The notes under the pieces were generated by a model. It saw only the letters and a list, made by a program, of their open reading frames with translations, was not told where the DNA came from and searched no databases. Positions 20,467 to 29,991 of a DNA stretch of 64,000 bases are shown piece by piece. The translations under genes were made by a program, and so were the position numbers. Each line of letters opens with the position of its first letter. The stretch's first letter is position 1. This stretch comes from a plasmid. Where the stretch lies: sequence record NZ_CP024426.1; one strand, 5' to 3'.

Positions 20467-21300
20467 TCATGCGGCGCGGCTTTGGCTGGCATCGTCAGGG
20501 ACGACGCCATCGGTGAACCTGACGGCTTCGATGGCGCGTGGCAACTGGTTTGTGCCGTTGAGCTTGCGCGACTTCTTCGATGCGGCCCGGACCGGGGCGA
20601 AGACCATCAGCTTCGCGGTCTTCTGCGACAGTGCGCCCTTGGTGCGGACGGTTCGGTGTCGGACGGTGGCGAAGACGCTTTTGATCGGGTTCAAGGTGCG
20701 CAGATGCTCCCAGTGCTTGGCGGGGAAGTCGTGAAAGGCCGGCAAGGCTTCGTTGTCCCTGGTCAGACAGGTCACGCCACGCTGGTATTTGGCGGCATAT
20801 TCATCCTTGAAGGTCTCGATGGCCGCCAACGCCGCAGCGCGGGTTTGGGCATGAGAGATCTCGCGCAGATCGGCGGTGACAGCGGGCTGCATGGACCTGG
20901 GGAAGCCATTGAGCACATTCGCCATCTTGTGAAACCAACACCGTTGATGGCGGGTGCTGGGGAAGATCTCATCCATGGCCTTCCAAAAGCCCAAGGCACC
21001 ATCGCCAACGGCCCGTTCGGGCGGCACGGCAAGGCCGCGAGACTTGAGACCGACCCGCAGTTCGCGCCAGCTTTGCGCGCTCTCGCGCACCCCGACCTGG
21101 AATCCCACGAGTTCCTTCTTTCCTTCGGGTGTGGCCCCGAGGATCACCCGCATGCACTCGGCTTGCGGTTCCAGCCGGGCCTGAAAGTAGACGCCCTTGG
21201 CCCGGATATAGACAGAGCGACGTGCCGAAAGGTCGCGGCGCTGCCAGCGGTCGTAGTCCTCCTGCCAGCCTGCTGTCAGTTGCGCGATTATACGTGCTAC
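20467..21300 (-). mobile_element. IS256-family (Mutator-type) transposase, 3' fragment lacking about 150 N-terminal residues
   Basis: Minus-strand translation gives ...WQRRDLSARRSVYIRAKGVYFQARLEPQAECMRVILGATPEGKKELVGFQVG...FPAKHWEHLRTLNPIKSVFATVRHRTVRTKG, matching IS256 family core motifs. No intact start or N-terminal HTH. The upstream limit is approximate. Confidence 0.7.
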
Positions 21301-21464
21301 CCTGCATCTGGTCTCTGCCCCATTCTTGAGGCTCGGCGCCCGTCAACCGGGCGCAACCCTCAAAGGGAGAATGCCGCGGGAGAGGCCACAGACCCAGTCA
21401 GATCAGGGTCCGATCATGGGGTCTAGTTATGCGGATGGGGTCCAACCTGATCCAGGGTTTACCA

Positions 21465-22277
21465 TCAACTTGCTTGCGCAACGGGCGGGGTGAAGCGCAC
21501 GGCAAGATCGGCCGCAAGCCCTTGCGGATCGCGCAGGCTCTCGGCTGTTACGACGGGTCCTTCATAGGGTTGAATCCGGCCTCCTGCGATCATGTCTTCG
21601 ATCCGGTCCAGCGTGGCGTCGATATTGTCCATTGGTGCTGAAAACAGATCAAAGATCGAATAGCGCCACCATTGCACGGCCAGCAGGCGCTCGACCGCCG
21701 GTTCTGGAAAGCGGAGCCGTCCGACCCGCCCAGGTGTTCCCACGACGATCGAATAGGGCGGTACGTCCCGCAGCACGACCGCGCGGGCGCCGATGATGGA
21801 CCCGGTGCCGATGCGGACGCCCGACTTGATGAAGGCACCCTGCCCGATCCAGACATCGTCGCCGATCTCGGTGATCGGGCAACTCCCCTTGAAGGGACGC
21901 AGACCTTGCCGGATTTCCTCGGTGCGTTGCGGGGCTACAAGCTCGCGCCAGCCGTTCACCTGCGGGAAATAGGCGGCGCGCGATGTGGTCAGCCAGTCCG
22001 TCGGATGCTCATGCATGCCGATGACGACGCCCGCCGCGATCGAGCAATAACGCCCGAAGCGGACATTGTTGATTGTCCCGCCGCTCAGGTTGCAGAACGC
22101 CCCGATATCGATGAATGCTCCTGGCGAGACGGAGCAGATGATCGAGGTCGGCCCCTCGATCCGGGAACCTGCCGCCAGCCTGCCCGTCTGCAGAAGACCC
22201 GGAAGGCGCAGGCCGACGCGGTCCAGCGCCGGAAGATCGGCATGCTTCAGTGTGAAAGTACCTTCGCTCATTTCCAT
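21465..22277 (-). CDS. CatB/Vat-type xenobiotic O-acetyltransferase (hexapeptide-repeat, left-handed beta-helix)
   Basis: Motifs GRYCSIAAGVVIGMHEHPTDW, FPQVNGW, IGDDVWIGQGAFIKSGVRIGTGSIIGARAVVLRDVPPYSIVVGTPGRVGRLRF and a C-terminal LLAVQWWRYSIFDL tail resembling CatB. Start ATG MEMSEG at 22275-22277. Confidence 0.75.
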   Translation of the reverse strand: MEMSEGTFTLKHADLPALDRVGLRLPGLLQTGRLAAGSRIEGPTSIICSVSPGAFIDIGAFCNLSGGTINNVRFGRYCSIAAGVVIGMHEHPTDWLTTSRAAYFPQVNGWRELVAPQRTEEIRQGLRPFKGSCPITEIGDDVWIGQGAFIKSGVRIGTGSIIGARAVVLRDVPPYSIVVGTPGRVGRLRFPEPAVERLLAVQWWRYSIFDLFSAPMDNIDATLDRIEDMIAGGRIQPYEGPVVTAESLRDPQGLAADLAVRFTPPVAQAS

Positions 22278-22322
22278 CTTACCTGTTTTCTTTGCCGATT
22301 GTCGGCGCAAAAGGTTAAGAAA

Positions 22323-23612
22323 TCATTCATCCCGCATCGCCCTTCCCAGATGCCGCAGGATCGGTTCCAGCAGATAGTCGCCCGCCCGACGCTCGCCGGT
22401 CTGGATCGCGACCTCGACCGGCATCCCTGCTGTCAAGGCAATCTCCGGCTGCTCCTCCAGAGCACCCGCATCCAGCGCGACGCGCGCCTCGAAATAGCGG
22501 CTGCCGTCGCGCGGTTCCTCCAGAAGATCGGCGGAAACATAGGTTACCTCGCCCCCAATAGTGGGAGCGACGGCGCGGCGATAGGCCGTCAGCCGGACCC
22601 GTGCCTTGCGTCCCACATGGACGGTGTCAATGGCCTCGGGTGGAAGCCGTACCTGGGCGACCAGCGCGTCGGTGTCGGGTACGACCTCCATCACCACGGC
22701 GCCCGAGCCGATCACCGCGCCAGGCGTCACGATGGGGATATCGACCACCAGGCCATCCTGCGGCGCGCGCAGGGTGCGGCGGCGAAGCACATCTTCCGTT
22801 GCGCGCATCTGCGCTTCAAGCGCGGGAAGACTGCGGCGGGATTGCGCCAGCATTTCGTTTGCTTCGGCCACGCGCTGCTGGCGAAGGGTTGCGATATCGG
22901 CCAGGACGCGCGCGCCGTCGCGTTCGTTCGCCTCGGCCAGCGCGGCATATTCGTCGCGCTCACCCTCCAGGACAGAGATGGTGCGGCCAAGCTCTCGGAG
23001 CTTCTGGGGGGTGGCGGCACCGCGCTCGACGAGAGTTTCGGTATTCGCCAGTTCCTGTCGCCAGCTTTCGATCTGGCGTTCCGAGGCGCGGGCCTGTGCG
23101 CGATTGGCCCTTGCCTGGGCCGACAGATGTTCGGCCTGGCGCATCATCGAGGCGATCTGCCCCTGATGCAGGGCAAGCCGCGCGTCGTGCAGTCCGGCCT
23201 GGGCTGCGATCCGCTGGGGGTCCGCCTCGGGGGCATTGGCGGCATCAAGGGGCGTTCCCTGTGCCTCGGCCTCCAACCGCCAGATGTCGAAGACCAGAGC
23301 GCGACGCTCGGCCTCCATCTGTGCCAGGCGCTCGCGGTCCTGGGTGGTGTCGAGCTGGGCGACCGGCTGGCCGGCCACGACCCGATCACCCGGCGCAACC
23401 AGAAGCCGGGACAGAATGCCGCCTTCCAGGTTCTCGACGGTCTTTCGCCTGCTTTCCGCAAGGATGACCCCCTGCGTGACCACCGCGCCGTCAAGCCGGG
23501 CGTAAACGCCCCATCCGCCCAGTGTGCAGACCAGGAACAGGATCGTCGCTAGCGCCGTCAGAAAGACCGGCCGATAGGTGGGCAGGATTTCGTCATCGGC
23601 TGTCACGCTCAT
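22323..23612 (-). CDS. HlyD-family type I secretion periplasmic adaptor (membrane fusion protein)
   Basis: N-terminal transmembrane anchor, long coiled-coil region and a C-terminal beta domain. Start overlaps the upstream ABC gene stop (ATGA). Confidence 0.85.
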   Translation of the reverse strand: MSVTADDEILPTYRPVFLTALATILFLVCTLGGWGVYARLDGAVVTQGVILAESRRKTVENLEGGILSRLLVAPGDRVVAGQPVAQLDTTQDRERLAQMEAERRALVFDIWRLEAEAQGTPLDAANAPEADPQRIAAQAGLHDARLALHQGQIASMMRQAEHLSAQARANRAQARASERQIESWRQELANTETLVERGAATPQKLRELGRTISVLEGERDEYAALAEANERDGARVLADIATLRQQRVAEANEMLAQSRRSLPALEAQMRATEDVLRRRTLRAPQDGLVVDIPIVTPGAVIGSGAVVMEVVPDTDALVAQVRLPPEAIDTVHVGRKARVRLTAYRRAVAPTIGGEVTYVSADLLEEPRDGSRYFEARVALDAGALEEQPEIALTAGMPVEVAIQTGERRAGDYLLEPILRHLGRAMRDE

Positions 23613-25330
23613 GACATGCGCGCCTCTGCTGCGAGGGCAAGCTTGCGTCGGCTGGGGCCCAGTGCCGCAAGCACCTCGGCCTTGTCGCCGTATTGCGCCA
23701 CCGCGCCGTCACGCAGCAAAAGCAGGCGATCGGCCTTGTTCAGGATCGACATGCGCTGCGCGACGATCAGCACGGCCGCTCCGCGGACGCGGGCATGTTC
23801 AACCGCTTCGACCAGCGCCGCCTCGCCATCGGCGTCCAGCGATGAGTTCGGCTCATCCAACACCAGAAGCTTCGGCATACCGAAAACGGCGCGCGCCAGG
23901 GCGATGCGCTGGCGCTGCCCGCCCGAAAGGCGCGCCCCGGCATCGAGCAGAGGCGTTTCGTAACCCTTGGGCAGGCGGCCGATCATTTCGTGAACCCCGG
24001 CCTGGCGGGCTGCGGCCACCACGTCCTCGATAGGCGCATCGCGGAACCGCGCGATGTTTTCGCGAACCGTTCCGTCAAGCAGCAGCGGCTCTTGCGGAAG
24101 ATAGCCCAGGGCGGCACCAAAACTGGCCCTTTCGTGCAGGAAGGTGGATTGCCCGTCAAGGAAGATGCCCCCCGTGGTCGGTCGCCAGAGCCCGACAACC
24201 AGACGCGCCAGGGTCGATTTTCCGGCGCCCGAGGGACCGATCACGCCCACCATCTCGCCCGGCGCGATGGAAAAGCTGATGTTGCGCAGCAGGGGCGCAT
24301 CCTGCCCGGGCGGCACATAGCTGAGGCGGTCGACTTTCAACTCTGCCCGACCGACCGGAACCGGCACGGCCGAGCGGGTTCTCGCCCCCTCGTGAAGAAG
24401 ATCGCGCAGCCGCCGCGCCACGACCGAGGCATTGACCCACTGCCGCCAGCCATCGATCAGATGCTCGAACGGGGACAGCATGCGCGAGATGATGACCGCC
24501 GCGGCCATGATGGTGCCCGGGCTGACCTCTTGCCGAATGACCAGCGTGGCCCCGGTGCAGATCACCGCAATCTGTAGCCCAACCCGAGATCCGCGTGCCA
24601 GCGCGGCAAGGAATTTTGCCGTGGTCCCGCCCGCCTCGATGCTGTCAAGCGACATGGCCTGCCCCCGTCGCCACCGCCGCGACAGTTCGGGCAGCATGCC
24701 CATCGCCGCGATGACTTCGGAATTGCGGATCGCGCTGGCGGTGTCGGCTTGCAGCACGACGTTCTTCTGGACTGCATTTGCGGCAGGGCGGCGGCCCAGG
24801 ATCTCGGTCGCCAGCGCGATCAGCGTCAGCAGCCCTGCTCCGCAAAGCCCGACCGTTCCGTAGAGCGGATGCAGCAGGAACAGCACGGTCAGCAGGATCG
24901 GCGTGAAGGCCATGTCCATCGGCAAGGTGATCGCACCCCCGGCGACAAAGCCGCGAAGTCCGTTCAGGTCGCGCATGGCGGTCGCGGCCGAGGCTGCCCC
25001 CGACTTCAACGCGTTTTCGATCGCGGCCTCGAACACTGGGCGGCCGAGCGCCATTGAAAGCCGGGCTGCGACGACCAGCAGCAGGCGGGACCGCAGGAAG
25101 TCCAGCATCGACTGGAAGATGAACAGGAACCCCACGATCAGCGTCAGCGCGACCAGCGTGTCGAGGTTTCCCGACGAGATCACGCGGTCGAAGATCTGGG
25201 ATTGGTAAAGCGGCAGTGACAGGTAAAGCAGGTTGACGAAGAAACCGACGCATGCCGCTGCCGCCACCCCCTTGGCCAGGTCGCCCAGGGCCGTGCGCCA
25301 GGGATCCTGCACCAGGCCGCCGTCAGCCAT
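23609..25330 (-). CDS. Type I secretion system ABC transporter (permease/ATPase, PrtD/AprD type, no C39 peptidase domain)
   Basis: A 573-aa product starting MADGGLVQDPW, with a 6-TM domain then an NBD carrying GPSGAGKST, LSGGQRQR and LLVLDEP. The ORF-track start at 25471 was rejected as an Arg-rich extension. Confidence 0.85.
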   Translation of the reverse strand: MADGGLVQDPWRTALGDLAKGVAAAACVGFFVNLLYLSLPLYQSQIFDRVISSGNLDTLVALTLIVGFLFIFQSMLDFLRSRLLLVVAARLSMALGRPVFEAAIENALKSGAASAATAMRDLNGLRGFVAGGAITLPMDMAFTPILLTVLFLLHPLYGTVGLCGAGLLTLIALATEILGRRPAANAVQKNVVLQADTASAIRNSEVIAAMGMLPELSRRWRRGQAMSLDSIEAGGTTAKFLAALARGSRVGLQIAVICTGATLVIRQEVSPGTIMAAAVIISRMLSPFEHLIDGWRQWVNASVVARRLRDLLHEGARTRSAVPVPVGRAELKVDRLSYVPPGQDAPLLRNISFSIAPGEMVGVIGPSGAGKSTLARLVVGLWRPTTGGIFLDGQSTFLHERASFGAALGYLPQEPLLLDGTVRENIARFRDAPIEDVVAAARQAGVHEMIGRLPKGYETPLLDAGARLSGGQRQRIALARAVFGMPKLLVLDEPNSSLDADGEAALVEAVEHARVRGAAVLIVAQRMSILNKADRLLLLRDGAVAQYGDKAEVLAALGPSRRKLALAAEARMS

Positions 25331-26603
25331 GACGCACCGCCAGCCCGGCCTTGGCATTCCGGGCGAGGATCTTTTCGAACAGGCTGGCGTGCAGCCGCGC
25401 GGCCTCGTCCGCGCCCGTCGGGGGCCGGATGCCGGCATGGAGACGATCCCAGACCTGCGGGTCCATGGCACGGGTCATCGCCTCGGCCAGGCTTTCCGGG
25501 TTCGAGACGCGGAAATGCATTCCGTCGATGCCATCCCGCACCTTTTCCGCCATTCCGCCGATGTCCGATGCGATGATCGGACGGCGGTGGTGAAACGCCT
25601 CCTGAATGACGACGGGCGCGTTCTCCCACCAGGTCGAGGGCACGATCGTCCAGTCCACCTCGCGCATCAGATGCGGCAGGTCGGCGCTTTTGTACGACCC
25701 CATGAACCGCAGGCGGCGGCCGGAAAGGCGGAACAGTTCCTTGACCTGCGCCTGAAATTCCTCGGGCTGGTGCTCCAGGTTGCCGCCGAAGATATAGAGG
25801 ATACCGTCGCCCCAGGTCTTCTCGGGGATGCGGGTGACGGCTTCGACCAGGACCTTGATGCCCTTGAAGGGGTTGAGCTGTCCGAAATAGGCGAAGCGGT
25901 TGCGCCGTCCGCCTGGCGGCAGGGCGCGCGCCTGGGCAACCGGTCCGCCATCCAGGCCATTCTCGATCATCACCAGCTTTTCGCGGGGCAGGCCCCAGTC
26001 CTGAAAGCGCTTCAACAGGAAGCGCGAAGGAGAGACGAAGGCGTCGACCTGGGCAAGGAAGGATTTGATGAACAGTTCCCGGCGCAGCATGTTCGCCGCG
26101 CCGATCTGGGGAAAGCACATGCCGCAGTCCGAGGCTGAGGCCTTCATGCACAGGGCACCATTCTTGGCCTTGATCATCTGGCCGTGATGGGCGCAGATCG
26201 GCAGGAACTCGTGCAGGGTATAGACGATCGGCACGTCGCCCAAGGCGCGGCGCGTGGCGCGGATCGCCTGGATCCCGAAGCCCATGACGTGATGGAAGTT
26301 CACGATATCGGGCCGCAGGTCCGCCAGGAAGCGTTCGAAATGCTGGATCAAGGCGCCCGTATCGTTCAGTCCCAGGTGGAACCAGTCGTAGTCATTGGTC
26401 CAGAACAGGGTTTCATCCGGTGCTTGGCCCAGGGACATCAGGGGCGTCGCGGCATGGCGCGCGACCGGGGGGCCGACCCCGGCGATGTAGTGTGCGTCCC
26501 AGCCCGGCTGTCGCTTCATCGCCTGGAACAGGTTGTAGGATGCGACCTGTGCCCCGCCGATGGAAAAGGCCGGGTGGGCATGGCTCAGCACAAGGGCTTT
26601 CAT
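25323..26603 (-). CDS. Glycosyltransferase family 4
   Basis: GT-B fold; E-x7-E-like motif WWENAPVVIQEAFHHRRPIIASDIGGMAE. ATGA overlap with the gene upstream (26600). Confidence 0.8.
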   Translation of the reverse strand: MKALVLSHAHPAFSIGGAQVASYNLFQAMKRQPGWDAHYIAGVGPPVARHAATPLMSLGQAPDETLFWTNDYDWFHLGLNDTGALIQHFERFLADLRPDIVNFHHVMGFGIQAIRATRRALGDVPIVYTLHEFLPICAHHGQMIKAKNGALCMKASASDCGMCFPQIGAANMLRRELFIKSFLAQVDAFVSPSRFLLKRFQDWGLPREKLVMIENGLDGGPVAQARALPPGGRRNRFAYFGQLNPFKGIKVLVEAVTRIPEKTWGDGILYIFGGNLEHQPEEFQAQVKELFRLSGRRLRFMGSYKSADLPHLMREVDWTIVPSTWWENAPVVIQEAFHHRRPIIASDIGGMAEKVRDGIDGMHFRVSNPESLAEAMTRAMDPQVWDRLHAGIRPPTGADEAARLHASLFEKILARNAKAGLAVRHG

Positions 26604-28753
26604 CCGAGTCGGTCTCCGCTGACGGTGAACGCCATCTTGCCCGTCAAAGATGAATCAACCCTTTCCAGCAGGCGAACGATTGCATCGGTGGGGCCGGGAA
26701 GGTCCTCAAGCGCCCAGAAATCGACCCTGCGCGATGCCCAGGTGCCGAAGCCCTGGTCGTGCAAGCGGCGGGCAAGGTCGCGGTGGACCATCGCATCGGA
26801 ATAAAGCTGCCCCGAAAAGCCCCCTGCCGCAGCCATCGCCTGGCGGTCGATCAGGGCAAGCTGGGCCGCGCCGGCGGGCATCGGGCGCGGCGCGCCGCGG
26901 ATCATCCACCCCAGCGGATAGCCCAGCATGGGCGTGCTGTTTTCCTCGGTCGCGCCTTCGCCGCCGTAAAGGATGGACCCATCCTCATAGACCAAGGTGG
27001 GCGAGATCAGGCCGGGTGCGCCCAGCCCCGCAAGCTCGTCCTCCAGCAGGTCGAGCCAGCCAAGCGTCGCGGGCAGGGCCGAGGGCTGCCAGAGCAGCAC
27101 CCGCGAGCCCGCGGCATGGGCAAGCCCAGCCTCGACCCGGGCGCAGAAATCGGTCTGGTCCGGGACCAGAAGCAGCCTGCCGCGAAGCCCGTAGAAAGCG
27201 AAAAGATCCTTGAGCCGCGTCGGAACACCCGCGGCTGCGGCCCGCGCCATGACGATCACCAGATCAAGCCGGTCCGCCTCGGCTGTCCCGGCCAGAAGCG
27301 CCATCATCGGTTGCAGGTGGTCAAGCTTGCCAAGCGGGACAATGGCCGCGATCTCTCCGGCCTGAGTGGACAGCGGAATCGGTCGCTGCGGGGCGCGGCT
27401 TTTCCGCTGCCGCGGAGGAAGCCGCGCCAGGAATGGCGCCAGCGCATCCTCGATGATCTGGTCAAGCGCCGGATCGTGCAGGGGAATGGCCGGAAGGATA
27501 TGCGGCAACAACTCACGCCCCTCGAGCCGGGTGATCTTTAGCGGGCGGAACAGGCAGCTGCCATCGTCAAGGATCAGTTCCAGATAGAATTCCTCGTCCC
27601 CCTTGCGCGGGCCACCCGGCGCGAAGGCGATGAAGCCATGCATGGTGTCCGTGGGATCGAGCAGGCGCGCAAAACGGGGATCGGCCGCGAAGCCATCGTT
27701 CAGGTCGGCGCGAGGAAGCGGGTTCCAGCGGTCATGCAAAGGCGCATAAAGCCCGGTCGTGCTTTTGATGATGACGCGTTCGACCCGCCGCAGCGGGTCC
27801 AGCAGCCAACCCATCGCCAGAAGCCCGCCCAAGGGCGCCTCGAACACCGCATCGAAGGCGGCGGCCACCGGCAGGAGGGTCGACGACAGGGTGTCGGTGC
27901 CTTGATAGCGGGGGCGGCAGATGCGCCGGAAAACGCCCGCCGCATCGGCGTCGCAATCCAGCCGGGGCAGCATGTGGCGGACATGATCGGTCGCGGCCTC
28001 GCCACGCAGCCTGAGGACCGCGCCGCGCACCACCTCAAGCCGCTTCAGGATGCCGTCCTGTTCATAGAACAGGCAGTCGAGCGTCTCCAGATCGGACCCG
28101 CGCCAGTCCAGGCTGAACAGGCAGAACCCCGTGCCCGGCGGTGGGATGTCGTCGCGTGGAAAGACGGCGGCATTCGCGTTGCAAAGCTCCAGCGTGCCGT
28201 TCAGGCGGGCCAGCCGATGGGGGCCTGGGGCCAGCGCCATCGCCCAGCCCTGGGCGAAAAGACCGCCCGTATCAGGACAGGCGAGGATTTCGACAAAGCC
28301 GCCGGCCTCGGACGCCATGAGAAAGGCGGCCGCGAATTCGTGGTCGCTGCCGCGTGTTTCGCCGGTCGCGGACCCGGCCAGCGCCTCGGTCAGGAACTCG
28401 AACACCTTTCGGCTGTTCAGGCCGCTGCGGCGGACGAATTCCGCCAGCGGCCCCGGTGCGACATCCACGGCGCGCGGCGTGGCGATCTGTCGTTCGTCGC
28501 CGCCGGGGCCACGCAGCCGGCCGGTCCCGACCAGCGGCGTTTCGACAAGCGCCAGCCCGGCGCGCCCGTCCTGTGCGGGCCAGCAGGTCGCGCGCCAGGG
28601 CGCATCCCCGCAAAAGCCGCGCCGTGGCAGTGCGCTGCCCAGCTGCGACAGCGCCAGAAGCGTCCGCCCGCCGGGCAGGATGATCGCCAGATCGGGGGTC
28701 AGCACCGCGTCTTCGGGCGGGGCTGCGAAAAAGGCGCCGTCGGCGGGGCTCAT
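26600..28753 (-). CDS. Large hypothetical protein (717 aa), paralogous to 29988..31958; C-terminal region may be a GT-like nucleotide-sugar-binding fold
   Basis: No confidently recognised domain. Shares its architecture and C-terminal motifs (IAAIVPLG/IVTAIG; LLLVPD/LVLLPG; WLDLLEDEL/WLPFWLRRL) with the paralog. ATGA coupling on both sides. Confidence 0.55.
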   Translation of the reverse strand: MSPADGAFFAAPPEDAVLTPDLAIILPGGRTLLALSQLGSALPRRGFCGDAPWRATCWPAQDGRAGLALVETPLVGTGRLRGPGGDERQIATPRAVDVAPGPLAEFVRRSGLNSRKVFEFLTEALAGSATGETRGSDHEFAAAFLMASEAGGFVEILACPDTGGLFAQGWAMALAPGPHRLARLNGTLELCNANAAVFPRDDIPPPGTGFCLFSLDWRGSDLETLDCLFYEQDGILKRLEVVRGAVLRLRGEAATDHVRHMLPRLDCDADAAGVFRRICRPRYQGTDTLSSTLLPVAAAFDAVFEAPLGGLLAMGWLLDPLRRVERVIIKSTTGLYAPLHDRWNPLPRADLNDGFAADPRFARLLDPTDTMHGFIAFAPGGPRKGDEEFYLELILDDGSCLFRPLKITRLEGRELLPHILPAIPLHDPALDQIIEDALAPFLARLPPRQRKSRAPQRPIPLSTQAGEIAAIVPLGKLDHLQPMMALLAGTAEADRLDLVIVMARAAAAGVPTRLKDLFAFYGLRGRLLLVPDQTDFCARVEAGLAHAAGSRVLLWQPSALPATLGWLDLLEDELAGLGAPGLISPTLVYEDGSILYGGEGATEENSTPMLGYPLGWMIRGAPRPMPAGAAQLALIDRQAMAAAGGFSGQLYSDAMVHRDLARRLHDQGFGTWASRRVDFWALEDLPGPTDAIVRLLERVDSSLTGKMAFTVSGDRLG

Positions 28754-29991
28754 GCCGAAACCTTTCGTGAGAGGGTGCGATAGATGTCCAGATGGGCGTC
28801 GACAAAGGCGCGATAGGCGTCATCCCTGTGCCGGCTGCGCTGCGCCGCCGCCATGCGCGCATGGGCTGCCGGATCGCTGGCGGCGGCGCGCATCGCCTCG
28901 GCCAGGGCACGGGGATCGCCCGGGGGGACATGCAGGCCGGTCGTGCCATGCGCCACCATCTCGGCCATGCCGCCGATGCCCGAGCAGATCACCGGCAGGC
29001 CCGCCGCGCGGGCCTCCAGCACCACCAGCGGGGCGTTTTCCCACCAGAGCGACGGCAGGACCAGCCAGTCGGCGCGCGCCATCAGCGCCGACAGATCCGC
29101 GCGGTTATAGGGGCCATGGTGGGCAGCGTTGGGGGTCGCTGCAAGCGCCTCGGCGAACTCGCGGCGAAAACCGGCCTCGGCGTGGCCCAGCCCGCCGTGC
29201 AGGTCCAGCGTAAGCGCCTCTCCCGCAAGGCGGGTCGCGGCCATCAGGGGCAGCACGCCCTTGTGCGGGGCGATATTGCCGAAATAGGCGAAGCGGTCGG
29301 GATTTGCACGCGGACCGCGCTGCGGGTGGGGCGCAGGCTGAACCTGGTTGGGCAGGACGGTGATCCGGCCCGCGTCGAGCCCCCAATCGACAAAGCATTC
29401 CGCCAGAAAGCGTGACGGCGCGATGAAGGCATCGACCAGCGAAAGCAGCGCCGTCAGATGCGCCTTGCGCAGCAGATGCGCTGCGGCGGGCATGTCCGGG
29501 TAACAGCGCCGGCAGCGGTCCTGCCCGGGATTTCGACAGCGCGCACCTTCGGGGACCGTCAGCATCAACCCGTCGTTCGGACACAGGATCTGGTAATCGT
29601 GCAAGGTCAATACGATGCGTGCCCGGGGCGCGAGGCGTCGCAGCACCGCCAGCACCTCGGCCCCGATCCGGTCCAGCCCGTGCAAATGCACCACGTCCGG
29701 GCGGACATGGCCCAACAGCCGCCCCATCGAGGCGACCCAGTCGGTGCCATCCTGCCGCAGCATGGAAAAGCGGTCATAGCGCCCGGTGCGCAGCAGGTGA
29801 TCCCCGCCTTCCAGGCCCAAGGCCCCCGGCGCATCGCTCGGGCGCTGCAGCGCGGTGGTCGCGGCCAGCAATCGGGCCCGCACCCCCGGGGTCGCATCCA
29901 GCGCGCGGGTCAGGTCATGGGCCAGGATTTCCGTTCCGCCGCTTGTATAGGCGGGGTGATCATGAACGATGTGCAGCACCTGAAGGGTCAT
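28750..29991 (-). CDS. Glycosyltransferase family 4 (paralog of 25323..26603)
   Basis: Motifs FGNIAPHKGV, LPSLWWENAPLVVLEARAAGLPVICSGIGGMAE, about 45% identity by eye to the other GT4. ATGA coupling. Confidence 0.8.
   Translation of the reverse strand: MTLQVLHIVHDHPAYTSGGTEILAHDLTRALDATPGVRARLLAATTALQRPSDAPGALGLEGGDHLLRTGRYDRFSMLRQDGTDWVASMGRLLGHVRPDVVHLHGLDRIGAEVLAVLRRLAPRARIVLTLHDYQILCPNDGLMLTVPEGARCRNPGQDRCRRCYPDMPAAAHLLRKAHLTALLSLVDAFIAPSRFLAECFVDWGLDAGRITVLPNQVQPAPHPQRGPRANPDRFAYFGNIAPHKGVLPLMAATRLAGEALTLDLHGGLGHAEAGFRREFAEALAATPNAAHHGPYNRADLSALMARADWLVLPSLWWENAPLVVLEARAAGLPVICSGIGGMAEMVAHGTTGLHVPPGDPRALAEAMRAAASDPAAHARMAAAQRSRHRDDAYRAFVDAHLDIYRTLSRKVSA

Noticed and set aside
22601-23467. 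288-aa plus-strand ORF inside the hlyD region and similar Arg-rich ORFs throughout (e.g. 7212..8180, 28131..29213, 30308..31030)
   Set aside because: These are typical spurious high-GC alternative-frame ORFs, rich in Arg/Pro/Ala, with no RBS, overlapping well-supported genes.
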